DNA from: Trichoplax sp. H2
Taxonomy: Eukaryota
DNA length: 20,000 nucleotides
NCBI GenBank assembly: GCA_003344405.1
Contig: NOWV01000267.1
Location: 57,852-77,851 of the forward strand
Direction: 5' to 3'
Shown: in pieces, positions 1 through 9,938 of the stretch
Layout: the number at the start of each line of letters is the position of its first letter
How positions within the stretch are numbered: position 1 is the stretch's first letter
The notes under the pieces: generated by a model
What the model saw: the letters and a program-made list of their open reading frames with translations, nothing else
Told to the model about the DNA's origin: nothing
Database searches by the model: none
Made by a program: the position numbers and the translations under genes

Positions 1-1871
1 CTAAGTGGCGAAGGAAACACGACACTTCAGAAATTCTTTTAGCTAACTAATTATTCATCATGAGAAAGTCTAAACACGGCTTTGAAGCATAAATTTAGTT
101 AGAACGAAGTCGTGAACTGTTAGTAATTATTAGTCTGATTATGAGCCAGAAGTTTACTATTTGATCATTTTAGTATAAATTTCTATACTTATGTAGTTCA
201 TCATTTAAAACTACTTAGGTGTATTTGATGAATTTATACTAATATTTAAAGGAAACTCTCGGGTCAATTGACGGTAAAAAATGAGACAAAATTTACTTTT
301 TATAAAGTATTTGGCTGAACCAGCGTATCATGCTTTTCTAACAAGACTGTTGCTCTTATTATACTCAGTAGGCAGTTATGTCACTTTGTATAAATTTCAG
401 CCCATAATGCTTTGTTTGTAATTAAAAAAATTGCTTCGCTTATGCTAGCCGCCGTGTCAAACCTTGTACTACATTACGTTTATATCTGATCTTAAGATTA
501 ACAACAAAGCAATCTTAAAAGCTGATATCTACAATTATTTTCGATTAGTTCTATACATTGACTTTATTAGCGATAAAGTAATTTAATGTTTATAAATATA
601 AAATAGCGCATTGTAGTGTACGGGTTATTAGCCCTAGGTTCGTAATCCTTCAACTCTAAATTCTGAATTGTTAAAATGGATCAAATCCCTAATAGGACAC
701 AAAATAGTCAACACCGTATAATTGACTTATAACAGTTAAGTTTATTAACGTCCGTGCGTCGTCCGTCAGAGAAGAATTCCAATTTCTTCCCCTCATAATA
801 ACAGTCGAAAGTGGCTAAGATAAACCGGATAATAGACTTAGCCTCCACGATAACAATTCTATACAACTTATACAAATTATCGTCAATTGCTCGTCTACAG
901 TACATAGGAGTCATCAATCACATTAGTACATTGCTTAATAGCATTACTTAATATGGCAATCAACTACGGCCTTATATAGGACATACTTAATTAAGACATA
1001 CAGTTCTACACAACATGCTATCATTGTAATGCCTACACAAAACTACTGTAATTAGCTGAAATCACTACACGCATATTGGAATATCCTGGAAAGGGTGCTG
1101 GTGTACCTACTCTAACAGGTCTTCCAGTTAATGTGGCTTTACCATAAGACATGTGTGGCAAGTCACGGGAGGCACGCACCTAGAGGATAAACTTGTAGCT
1201 TGTAACTAACTTATTATTACTAAGACTCGGTATTTATGGTTTTAGGTTTTAACATTGTACATAATTACATTTTTACTTATACTTCACAATTAAGTATCGG
1301 TTCTCTCTTACATACATATTTACACTCAATTCTTACTGTGAACATATGTGAATTTCTACTTTAGTTGTTAGGTTGATGAAAAAGACTGTTCAAAAGCTTT
1401 CTGTTGGATTGAGTGCGATAAGATTACTTTAGCATACAGTGAAGTAATGGATAAGTCGAATTTCTCGCAATATTGAATTCCTAATCTTGGAATAGTCCAT
1501 TATCTCAGATATTAAAGGATAAGATAAGAAGTCGCCTCTGATGCTGTGTTATATAACCAATTGTGAATAAACGATGTTATTTCCTTATGACTGATTGTTC
1601 GTTTATTTCGTAATATAATATCATACATACCAGTAATTAAGTTCGTATAGTATGTAATCAAGATTACAGTAATTTTCTTGTCATCAAATCTACTGCATAG
1701 AAATGTCAGGAGCTTCATTCATTCTAAAATTATTCCGTTATCGCTGTGTAACATACAATGTTGATTTTATAATGCATCCATGCTTTATAAAAGTCGATTA
1801 CGCAATATGAATACTGTACAATACTGTTCACAGCATGTAAATGTTAGTACTACCATTCAATAATATATCTC

Positions 1872-4800
1872 TTATGGCATCATTGCATCTTCTGGTATCT
1901 CAAGGTCTCGACACTTTGAATTTGTTATTTCACGGCGAATTTCACTTGATATCTAATTACAATTTTATATTAGTTTTTAAAATTTGCTAGTTACCTAGCG
2001 TTATCAATGGGTTATAGCAGCATACCTGATTATGCTTTTGCACTTCACAAATATCTAATAATGCAGTCTTTTGATCGCTAGAAATATCTTCTTTATATCT
2101 TCAGCCGTTGCAAGAATAAAAACATAGTAATAGATTAATAACTGTTGCATAATATAATGATCGTTTAGCTAACTAATGGCCTATAACTATAAGGCTGTAC
2201 GGCGTTTGATATACAGTACCTTTGCACGAATGTTAGGAAGCACTGGTGCCATAATACTGGCAGCCGTCTTTTCTCTGACCTAAATCTGCAGGAAATAATT
2301 TTAAGTAATTACCAAGTCGTCCATTGGGGATAATGAAACATTTTAACAGGCTTACCTTAGGAAATGGAATACTAAAGCATCGATAACTTTATATGGCATG
2401 GTATAGCCTTTATCAAGTAAAATTCTGATAAAAATACTATTTGCACCTATATAAAATTCGGAAGAATGATTTATTATTTTTAGCTAATGTCCAAACTTTG
2501 ATAACCGGTAGGATAATATAGACTGACAAGAGAAGATGTAGTTTCTCATACATCAAATACCTGTGTATTCCAATTCTGTGAGTTTTAAAATAGCAGCACA
2601 TGCATGAAGTGAAGTAATACTCGTTTTATTTAAAATACTTCCAATAATGACAGCTTCACGTAATGAGCAATTTCTAGCCTAAAAATATTTTATTTTTGAA
2701 AGTTAATTTCATTTCCTAATTTTATAGATGGCTAATATGTTAAATTCAAAGGTTAACATTTGTAATTATACGAACCTCACATAACGGAAGTAAAATACCC
2801 TTGAAAAACGCCGATGGTTTAAATAGTGCCTTTTTAAGAGCCTGAAAATAGTGATCTGGTTTAATTTGCTGACATAAATTTAAGAGCAAATCTGAATTTC
2901 AATGGAGCAGAAAGTAGTCACGATGATAATATACTAACCATGTATAGATGGTAGTTTAAACGTTTATACTCAGCAATATCATCGCGAACTCTCGGTAGTA
3001 GTACCAGATTATAGAATCGTTGGACTTTTCTTGCTGTAAGATTTGAAGACAAGATTCGAGTCGCTTCGTACATTGCCGCTGCGGTCCAATTTTCAGGCTC
3101 GGTAATGCAAACCAGCTACAAGAAGAATTTTAACCATTTAGATGTTTACCCAATAGTACAGTAGTAGAATGATAGACATACCAGAAAAAGTTGTAACCTT
3201 TTTACACTCATTGACGACTGGAATAAAGGTACATAAATGAAACAATGACCAATATAATCTTGCTTACCTCTTCCCAGTTTGGAACACAGGCTAAATAATT
3301 GAATGGCTTAGGCAAACGTCCAGATCTAAACTTGCTTAGCAGTTCTCCAACTCTACATTCACAGGTCGTTTAAATTTGACGAGATTAACTTATTGTATTG
3401 GAATATTTAGTACAATTCGATCAAATGCTGGTATATTTTTTCTGTTTTTAGTAGTCGAACATCAAAAGCGTTTAATCGAATAAATTTTAACTCTTACTTT
3501 CTGAAGTACATGACTAATTTCTGATCTAGTGGTGCATGCCTTGTTATTGATCCACTATCTGTCAAAATAGCATGATAAAAACCAATTCCATTAAAAAAGA
3601 TCTACTTTCTGTACATAAATTTACGTCTGAAATTCTTTCGAAGAGGTATTTCTATGTTTATTGTTTTCATCAACAACCTGACATTTGGCTTTGGAATTCG
3701 ATATGTTTTTCGTTAATCTTTTCCTTGATAAAATCACCTAAAGTCATTCTTTTATCAGGCTCTACTGACATAAATAATTGCAATGCCTTTTCATCCTCCT
3801 TGTCTAGTTTCTAAATGTCAAATACATCGTAAGTTATGAATCTGTAATCCTGCAAAATCGCCCGATTGACCAAAGATTAATTTGTATATGGTAAAGCGAT
3901 AACACAGTATAGTACTTACGATCGCTCCGGTTAGGTCTGCCTCGGAAATTTCTACATCTGATCCTTCGTCGCTATTAGCTTCACCATCAGCTTCACTATC
4001 ATTGTCGAAATGGTCTCCTAGACTAGTAGTGGGTTGAGGACGTTTCTTAATTCGTTTTCTTTGTGCAGGGTGAACATCATCTAATCCCTCCTCGATTTCA
4101 TCTTGTTGTTCCCTGGCTTGCTGGAGAATTTTGCCAGATAGTCTTTCTGTAACATACTTTTATTTTAATGATTACAAGTTAGAAAATTGGGGATACTGTG
4201 CGTGAGCATTGTCAAAGTAGTAACAACGGTTTGTAAATTGAAATAGAAATATGTACATGTATTGTAAATTTAAAATTGCGCAGTTAATTGTTTAAATAAA
4301 TGAATTTAGAATCGTGAAATAGGTGAAGTTGGCATTTACGTAATTTATTGTGCAAAGTAAAGCGGATTTTATGATATGGAATATAGAGGTCGGTTTCAGT
4401 TAAGAGCACTATGAGACTCCTATGATAAACGCATAGCACTGTACCTCTTCTACGGTACAACATAGCTCTTCATAGTTATGATGAAGTAACAACATTGCTC
4501 TTCATAGTTATGATAAAGTAACCAGAATTGGGGGTAAGTTTGTCATAAAGTCGTTTTAATAGGCGTTGAAGGTTTAACTATCAGATACTATGTGTGAGGC
4601 AAATTAGAGTCATAGAGTAATTCATTTTTTTTGCTTCTGATGAACTACTTGGCAAAGTTGTAGCTTCATTTTATGCTGTTGATGAACCCAGAATACAATT
4701 ACATGTTGAGTAAGAACTGTCCTATTGAAAGTTCTAGCTTTGAGGTAATATGAGCTATCTTTCTTTTGTTAGAAATTGAGGCAGAATTGTTCCATCATGA

Positions 4801-5983
4801 CAAAATACAAATAGCAAGCAGTACTTCGTCGACAATAAAAAGTGCAACCAAAAGTTAACAGTGTTACCCGTCTATTGGGAATCTTGGATCAGGTGTCCAT
4901 TCTGACTAGGGTAAGCCTTTGTAACAAACATTTATTGAAGGTAATGCAGGAATACTTCATATCCATACACTGATCGTCAGCATGAACAGTAATGATGGAT
5001 AAATATGAACTAGATAGCACTGTAGTCTGTTGTCATACACTACTAGTGACAAAGTAGTCTGCACACGCTAATGCTTATGAAGAACGCCTCTTACTGACTT
5101 AAAGAGGCAAGATTCGTTATATCACCAAATAATTCAGTTCCAACGACCGAATACTATAGTATAATGTAGACGAGGTAGTCCGAGATTGATTACTATTTAT
5201 TACTGAAGAAATCTTGACAACCAAGATTATAGTCTGGACAATTTAATAGCAATTGACAAACTAGTTGGCTAACTGACCGACTAACTAACTAAAAAGTGGT
5301 CTTAATCATTAGAACGAGCTTACGCATCGTAACATCTGTTGACTCCGCTACAACGCTACCTAGTGTTAGTTTTCAGCATCTTATAAGGACAGGGGAATGG
5401 ATGGCTTGCAAGGGAATGATGGAAATAATTGATCAATTGTATCCAAAATTGTAGTGAATACAAGTGAAAAATTTCATACCTAGGCAGTTGTAATCCTATT
5501 GCAATTGCACGCTAATTCATAGAAGATTATGTTATCATTACTGTTTGTAAGTGGAACCTAGTTGTGATTTGGAGGTCATTCGTCTATGTTGTAGAGCACA
5601 AATGAGCTGGAGGAATTATCGATCAAGAGCATTTTAGAAGTATTCAACAGCGAGCTGTTTCATTCTCGTTGCGATCCATGAAGCATTACAGCGAGTTAAT
5701 TGATTCTAGTTGGCATCCATCCATAGAAAGTTCAACTAGTATGCAATCTTATACATCTCATGAATACTGAACTAATCTCAAAGTGATATAGATACAATGA
5801 TCTACTGGTAGGGTAAGAAAGTAAGTCTAAATTGTTACCATCCATTGCGCATTGATTGAAGCTTACCGGATCAGTTTTTTCGACACGTTTTCGCCTCTTA
5901 TTTCTGCCGCTTGGTTTGGCATGCACATCACCAATAATATCATCGGCAAGCCCTCGATTTCTTTGCTCTTTCTTGTCACTCAT
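1872..5983 (-). CDS. BYSL: Bystin (Enp1), pre-40S ribosome biogenesis factor; 12 exons, 434 aa
   Basis: Hand-spliced exons (minus): 5983-5867, 4156-3920, 3810-3678, 3558-3498, 3352-3268, 3115-2939, 2841-2776, 2678-2561, 2446-2356, 2285-2220, 2098-2026, 1952-1872. All introns are GT-AG, phases are consistent and the total is 1305 nt. The translation has bystin hallmarks: [118 protein letters not shown]. Confidence 0.97.
4459..4522. repeat. 32-bp direct tandem duplication (2 copies) in bystin intron 1
   Basis: aacatagctcttcatagttatgatgaagtaac (4459-4490) followed by aacattgctcttcatagttatgataaagtaac (4491-4522); 2 mismatches. Confidence 0.9.
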
Positions 5984-6190
5984 CTCTTAATCGATGTGTC
6001 AATTCGAGTTTAATGATTTTCAGCTTCTGCAATAACTTGGCAATAGATCGAAAATGCTCTTGTAGACGTTGTCATTTATTGATTGGATCTCCTGCTCCCT
6101 TTGAGCTGTTGATGGCTTGTAGGTTGAGTATGGGCTGTAGTAGACTAGTCAAAACTAGTTCCGAATAGGTAGCACATGTGAGCACCTGAA

Positions 6191-7299
6191 GGTGACATTA
6201 ATTTTGCAAGCTACATCTCGCTGACATAGGATACTGGTCGCATGTACAATGCAGTATTGCAATGAGAATAGGATTAAACTGAATGAAGACTCATGATAGG
6301 GTACAATAATAATATCAGCGCCTGTCTCTTCAGTACCATACAGAACAGTAGTGAATAAAAGTCGGCAGCAGATGCACCTCTGCGAGCACATTATGGTGAC
6401 ATCCATTTTGCCAGCTACCTTGCTTGCTTCTCCTCCTATAGGAAACAGTACTGCAGCAAGGGTAGAGTTAAGCGTAATGAATTAACCTATCATCCAGTAT
6501 CAACGTCAGCGACTGTCAATTGGACTTATCCATACCAGACTTGAAGATGCACGACAGTGCAGTGTAATATATTCAGTGTGAGCAAAAATAATGTCACTAT
6601 TCCATACTCTTCCATGACAGTCGTACAGTTTGGGAGAACGTCGTTTACGAGTCACCTTGATCATGATGATATTTCGTCGCAAAATATCAACCACGTCATG
6701 GTGACATCCATTTTGCTTGCCATCTGTGTTGCTTTTACTACTATACGATACAGTTCTACAGTATATCAAGACTAGGATTACCTGAAATGAATTAACTTTT
6801 AAAGAAGATATATTTCAACGTTGTCCATTCAACTGATCCATACTACAGTAGATTTGACTATGCACTTGGGCATAGTCATCGTCATATTTCGTCGCAATAT
6901 ATCAACTACGTCATGGTGACTTCGATTTTGCCAGCCATCTCTGTTTGCTTTTACTACGATACGATACATTACTGCTTCAAGACTAGGATTACCTGCAATG
7001 AATTAACCTTTAAGGAAGATATCGTACAATATCAACGTTGTCCATTTAACTGATCCATACTGCTGTACAGTACAGTAGATTTGATTATGCACTTCGGCAT
7101 ACTGTAGTCATCGCGTATTTCGTCGTAATATATCAAGCAAGTGATGGTGACATCAATTTTGCCAGCCATCTCTCTTGCTTTTACTACCGTATGACATAGT
7201 ATTACGTGTACATCAAGACTAGGATTGCCTGCAATGAAGGAAGATATCATTCAGAGTATCTACGTCAGCGTCTGTCCAATGTCCCGCTGACTGTACTTG
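6191..7299. repeat. Degenerate tandem repeat of ~200-300-bp units (copy A)
   Basis: The anchor motif ggtgac(a/t)t..attttgc...c recurs at 6191, 6395, 6700, 6915 and 7146. The later units also share tcaagactaggatt.cctg.aatgaa and atttcgtcg.aa.atatcaa. The same units recur in copy B at 8059, 8269 and 8490. Confidence 0.8.
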
Positions 7300-7511
7300 G
7301 CTGCTTTCTACTACTAAAATGCTTTCCATAAAATCGCATCGAGTAGTCCCTGGCCTTTTTCCCTTCAAATATGCAGCCATGACTACAGCAGTAGAGTTGT
7401 ACTTGGCTGCTTTCTACTACTATAATGCATCGCATAAAATCGCATCGAGTAGTCCCTGGCCTTTTTCCCTTCAAATATGTAGCCATGACTACAGTCGTAG
7501 AGTTGAACTTG
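7300..7511. repeat. 106-bp tandem repeat, 2 units (copy A)
   Basis: Units start at 7300 and 7406 (gctgctttctactact...gtagagttg(t/a)acttg), with a partial unit at 7512. Confidence 0.9.
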
Positions 7512-7710
7512 GCTACTTTCTACTGTATTGTGCAGTACTGTACAGTAATACTGTAGGCTTCTACAGTACTATATACTGTAGTCGACTTTACGTCATGACA
7601 AGCAGTCGAGACAGACTGGTGCAATAAAATCGACAGATTCGGCGAAAGAAAATAAATATTCAAGTTATACAATCATCCACAGTCTGTTTTTTATTGCCAA
7701 CATTCAAGAA

Positions 7711-7736
7711 ATGCATAAATCCACCGTTGATCCCGG
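7711..7736 (+). other. Duplicate 5' end (first 26 nt) of the FAM167-like CDS, truncated by the assembly gap
   Basis: atgcataaatccaccgttgatcccgg is identical to 9939-9964. Confidence 0.6.
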
Positions 7737-7756
7737 NNNNNNNNNNNNNNNNNNNN
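7737..7756. other. Assembly gap (20 N)
   Basis: Run of 20 N. Confidence 1.
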
Positions 7757-8648
7757 GACATCCATTTTGCCAGCTACCTTGCTTGCTTCTACTCCTATAG
7801 GAAACAGTACTACAGCAAGGGTAGAGTTAAGCGTAATGAATTAACCTATCATCCAGTATCAACGTCAGCGGCTGTCAATTGGACTTATCCATACCAGACT
7901 TGAAGATGCACGACAGTGCAGTGTAATATATTCAATGTGAGCAAAAATAATGTCACTATTCCATACTCCTTCATGACAGTCGTACAGTATGGGAGTACGT
8001 CGTTTACGAGTCACCTTGATCATGATAATATTTCGTGGCAAAATATCAACCACGTCATGGTGACATCCATTTTGCTTGCCATCTGTGTTGCTTTTACTAC
8101 TATACGATACAGTTCTATATCAAGACTAGGATTACCTGAAATGAATTAACTTTTAAAGAAGATATATTTCAACGTTGTCCATTCAACTGATCCATACTAC
8201 AGTAGATTTGACTATGCACTTGGGCATAGTCATCGTCATATTTCGTCGCAATATATCAACTACGTCATGGTGACTTCGATTTTGCCAGCCATCTCTATTT
8301 GCTTTTACTACGATACGATACATGACTGCTTCAAGACTAGGATTACCTGCAATGAATTAACCTTTAAGGAAGATATCGTACAATATCAACGTTGTCCATT
8401 TAATTGATCCATGCTACTGTACAGTAGATTTGATTATGCACTTCGGCATAGTCATCGCGTATTTCGTCGTAATATATCAAGCAAGTGATGGTGACATCAA
8501 TTTTGCCAGCCATCTCTCTTGCTTTTACTACCGTATGACATAGTACTACTGTACTATACATCAAGACTAGGATTGCCTGCAATGAAGGAAGATATCATCC
8601 AGAGTATCTATGTCAGCGTCTGTCCAATGTCCCCGCTGACTGTATTTG

Positions 8649-9694
8649 GCTGCTTTCTACTACTAAAATGCTTTGCATAAAATCGCATCGAGTAGTCCCT
8701 GGCCTTTTTCTCTTCAAATATGCAGCCATGACTACAGCAGTAGAGTTGTACTTGGCTGCTTTCTACTACTATAATGCATCGCATAAAATCGCATCAAGTA
8801 GTCCCTGGCCTTTTTCTCTTCAAATATGCAGCCATGACTAAAGTAGTAGAGTTGTACTTGGCTGCTTTCTACTACTATAATGCATCGCATAAAATCGCAT
8901 CAAGTAGTCCCTGGCCTTTTTCTCTTCAAATATGCAGCCATGACTAAAGCAGTAGAGTTGTACTTGGCTACTTTCAACTACTAAAATGCATCGCATAAAA
9001 TCGCATCGAGTAGTCCCTGGCCTTTTTCTCTTCAAATATGCAGCCATGACTACAGCAGTAGAGTTGTACTTGGCTGCTTTCTACTACTAAAATCGCTTCG
9101 AGTAGTCCCGGACGGGCCCTTTTTGCCTTAAAATATGAGCAATAACGACAGTAGTACAATAACAGTTGTACTTAGCTGCTTTCTACTACTATAATGCATC
9201 GCATAAAATCGCATCAAGTAGTCCCTGGCCTTTTTCTCTTCAAATATGCAGCCATGACTACAGCAGTAGAATTGTACTTGGCTGCTTTCTACTACTATAA
9301 TGCATCGCATAAAATCGCATCAAGTAGTCCCTGGCCTTTTTCTCTTCAAATATGCAGCCATGACTAAAGTAGTAGAGTTGTACTTGGCTGCTTTCTACTA
9401 CTATAATGCATCGCATAAAATCGCATCAAGTAGTCTCTGGCCTTTTTCTCTTCAAATATGCAGCCATGACTAAAGTAGTAGAGTTGTACTTGGCTGCTTT
9501 CTACTACTATAATGCATCGCATAAAATCGCATCAAGTAGTCCCTGGCCTTTTTCTCTTCAAATATGCAGCCATGACTACAGTAGTAGAGTTGTACTTGGC
9601 TACTTTCAACTACTAAAATGCATCGCATCGAGTAGTCCCTGGCCTTTTTCCCTTCAAATATGTAGCCATGGCTACAGTCGTAGAGTTGAACTTG
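8649..9694. repeat. 106-bp tandem repeat (minisatellite), 10 units (copy B)
   Basis: Unit starts at 8649, 8755, 8861, 8967, 9073 (divergent, 102 bp), 9175, 9281, 9387, 9493 and 9599 (96 bp). Consensus: gctgctttctactactataatgcatcgcataaaatcgcatcaagtagtccctggcctttttctcttcaaatatgcagccatgacta(c/a)ag(c/t)agtagagttgtacttg. Confidence 0.95.
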
Positions 9695-9725
9695 GCTACT
9701 TTCTACTGTATTGTACAGTACAGTA

Positions 9726-9781
9726 CAGTATGATGGCAGCGTACTCTACAGTGTACAGTACACGTTTCGCTCACCATACTG
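9726..9781. mobile_element. Putative 56-bp Tc1/mariner-type mini-element (MITE remnant) with TA flanks
   Basis: TA|CAGTATGATGGCAGCGT...ACGTTTCGCTCACCATACTG|TA. The left end CAGTATGATG matches the reverse complement of the right end, CAGTATGGTG, at 9/10 positions, with weaker match further in. The interior is absent from copy A (7541-7555: TA CAGTA ATACTG TA). Confidence 0.5.
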
Positions 9782-9938
9782 TAGGCTTCTACAGTACTAT
9801 ATACTGTAGTCGACTTTACGTCATGACAAGCAGGCGAGACAGACTGGTGCAATAAAATCGACAGATCCGGCAAAAGAAAATAAATATTCAAGTTGTTCAA
9901 TCATCCACAGTCTGTTTTTTATTGCCAACGTTCAAGAA

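Larger units (their letters stand above)
6398..7736. repeat. Copy A of a gap-flanking duplicated block (probable alternative haplotype)
   Basis: Starts gacatccattttgccagctacc and ends accgttgatcccgg at the gap. It is colinear with 7757-9964, with about 10 substitutions in the first ~350 bp by hand count, plus indels. Confidence 0.92.

Noticed and set aside
246..265. TTAA-AGG start resembling a Kolobok/piggyBac-type element end (similar at 12669, 13296, 15684)
   Set aside because: No matching inverted partner end found in the window.
3572..3814. 80-aa plus-strand ORF
   Set aside because: Antisense shadow of bystin exon 3.
4157..5866. Intronic C/D snoRNA or nested gene in the unusually long bystin intron 1 (1710 bp vs 70-152 bp for the others)
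   Set aside because: The ATGATGA at ~4478 is on the strand opposite the host transcript. I found no sense-strand C box/D box pair or convincing exons. An Infernal/Rfam scan would be needed.
6506..6769. Ankyrin-like peptide QNGCHHDVVDILRR in minus-strand ORFs (partly also 7865-8053)
   Set aside because: No TPLH or GADVN motifs, no 33-aa periodicity, and frames are broken between units and copies.
8649..9694. CRISPR-like array or repeat-protein gene (ORFs 7319-7627, 9406-9855, 8838-9310)
   Set aside because: Whole 106-bp units repeat with no unique spacers, the context is eukaryotic and there are no cas genes. 106 is not a multiple of 3, so the ORFs simply cycle through the three frames of the unit.
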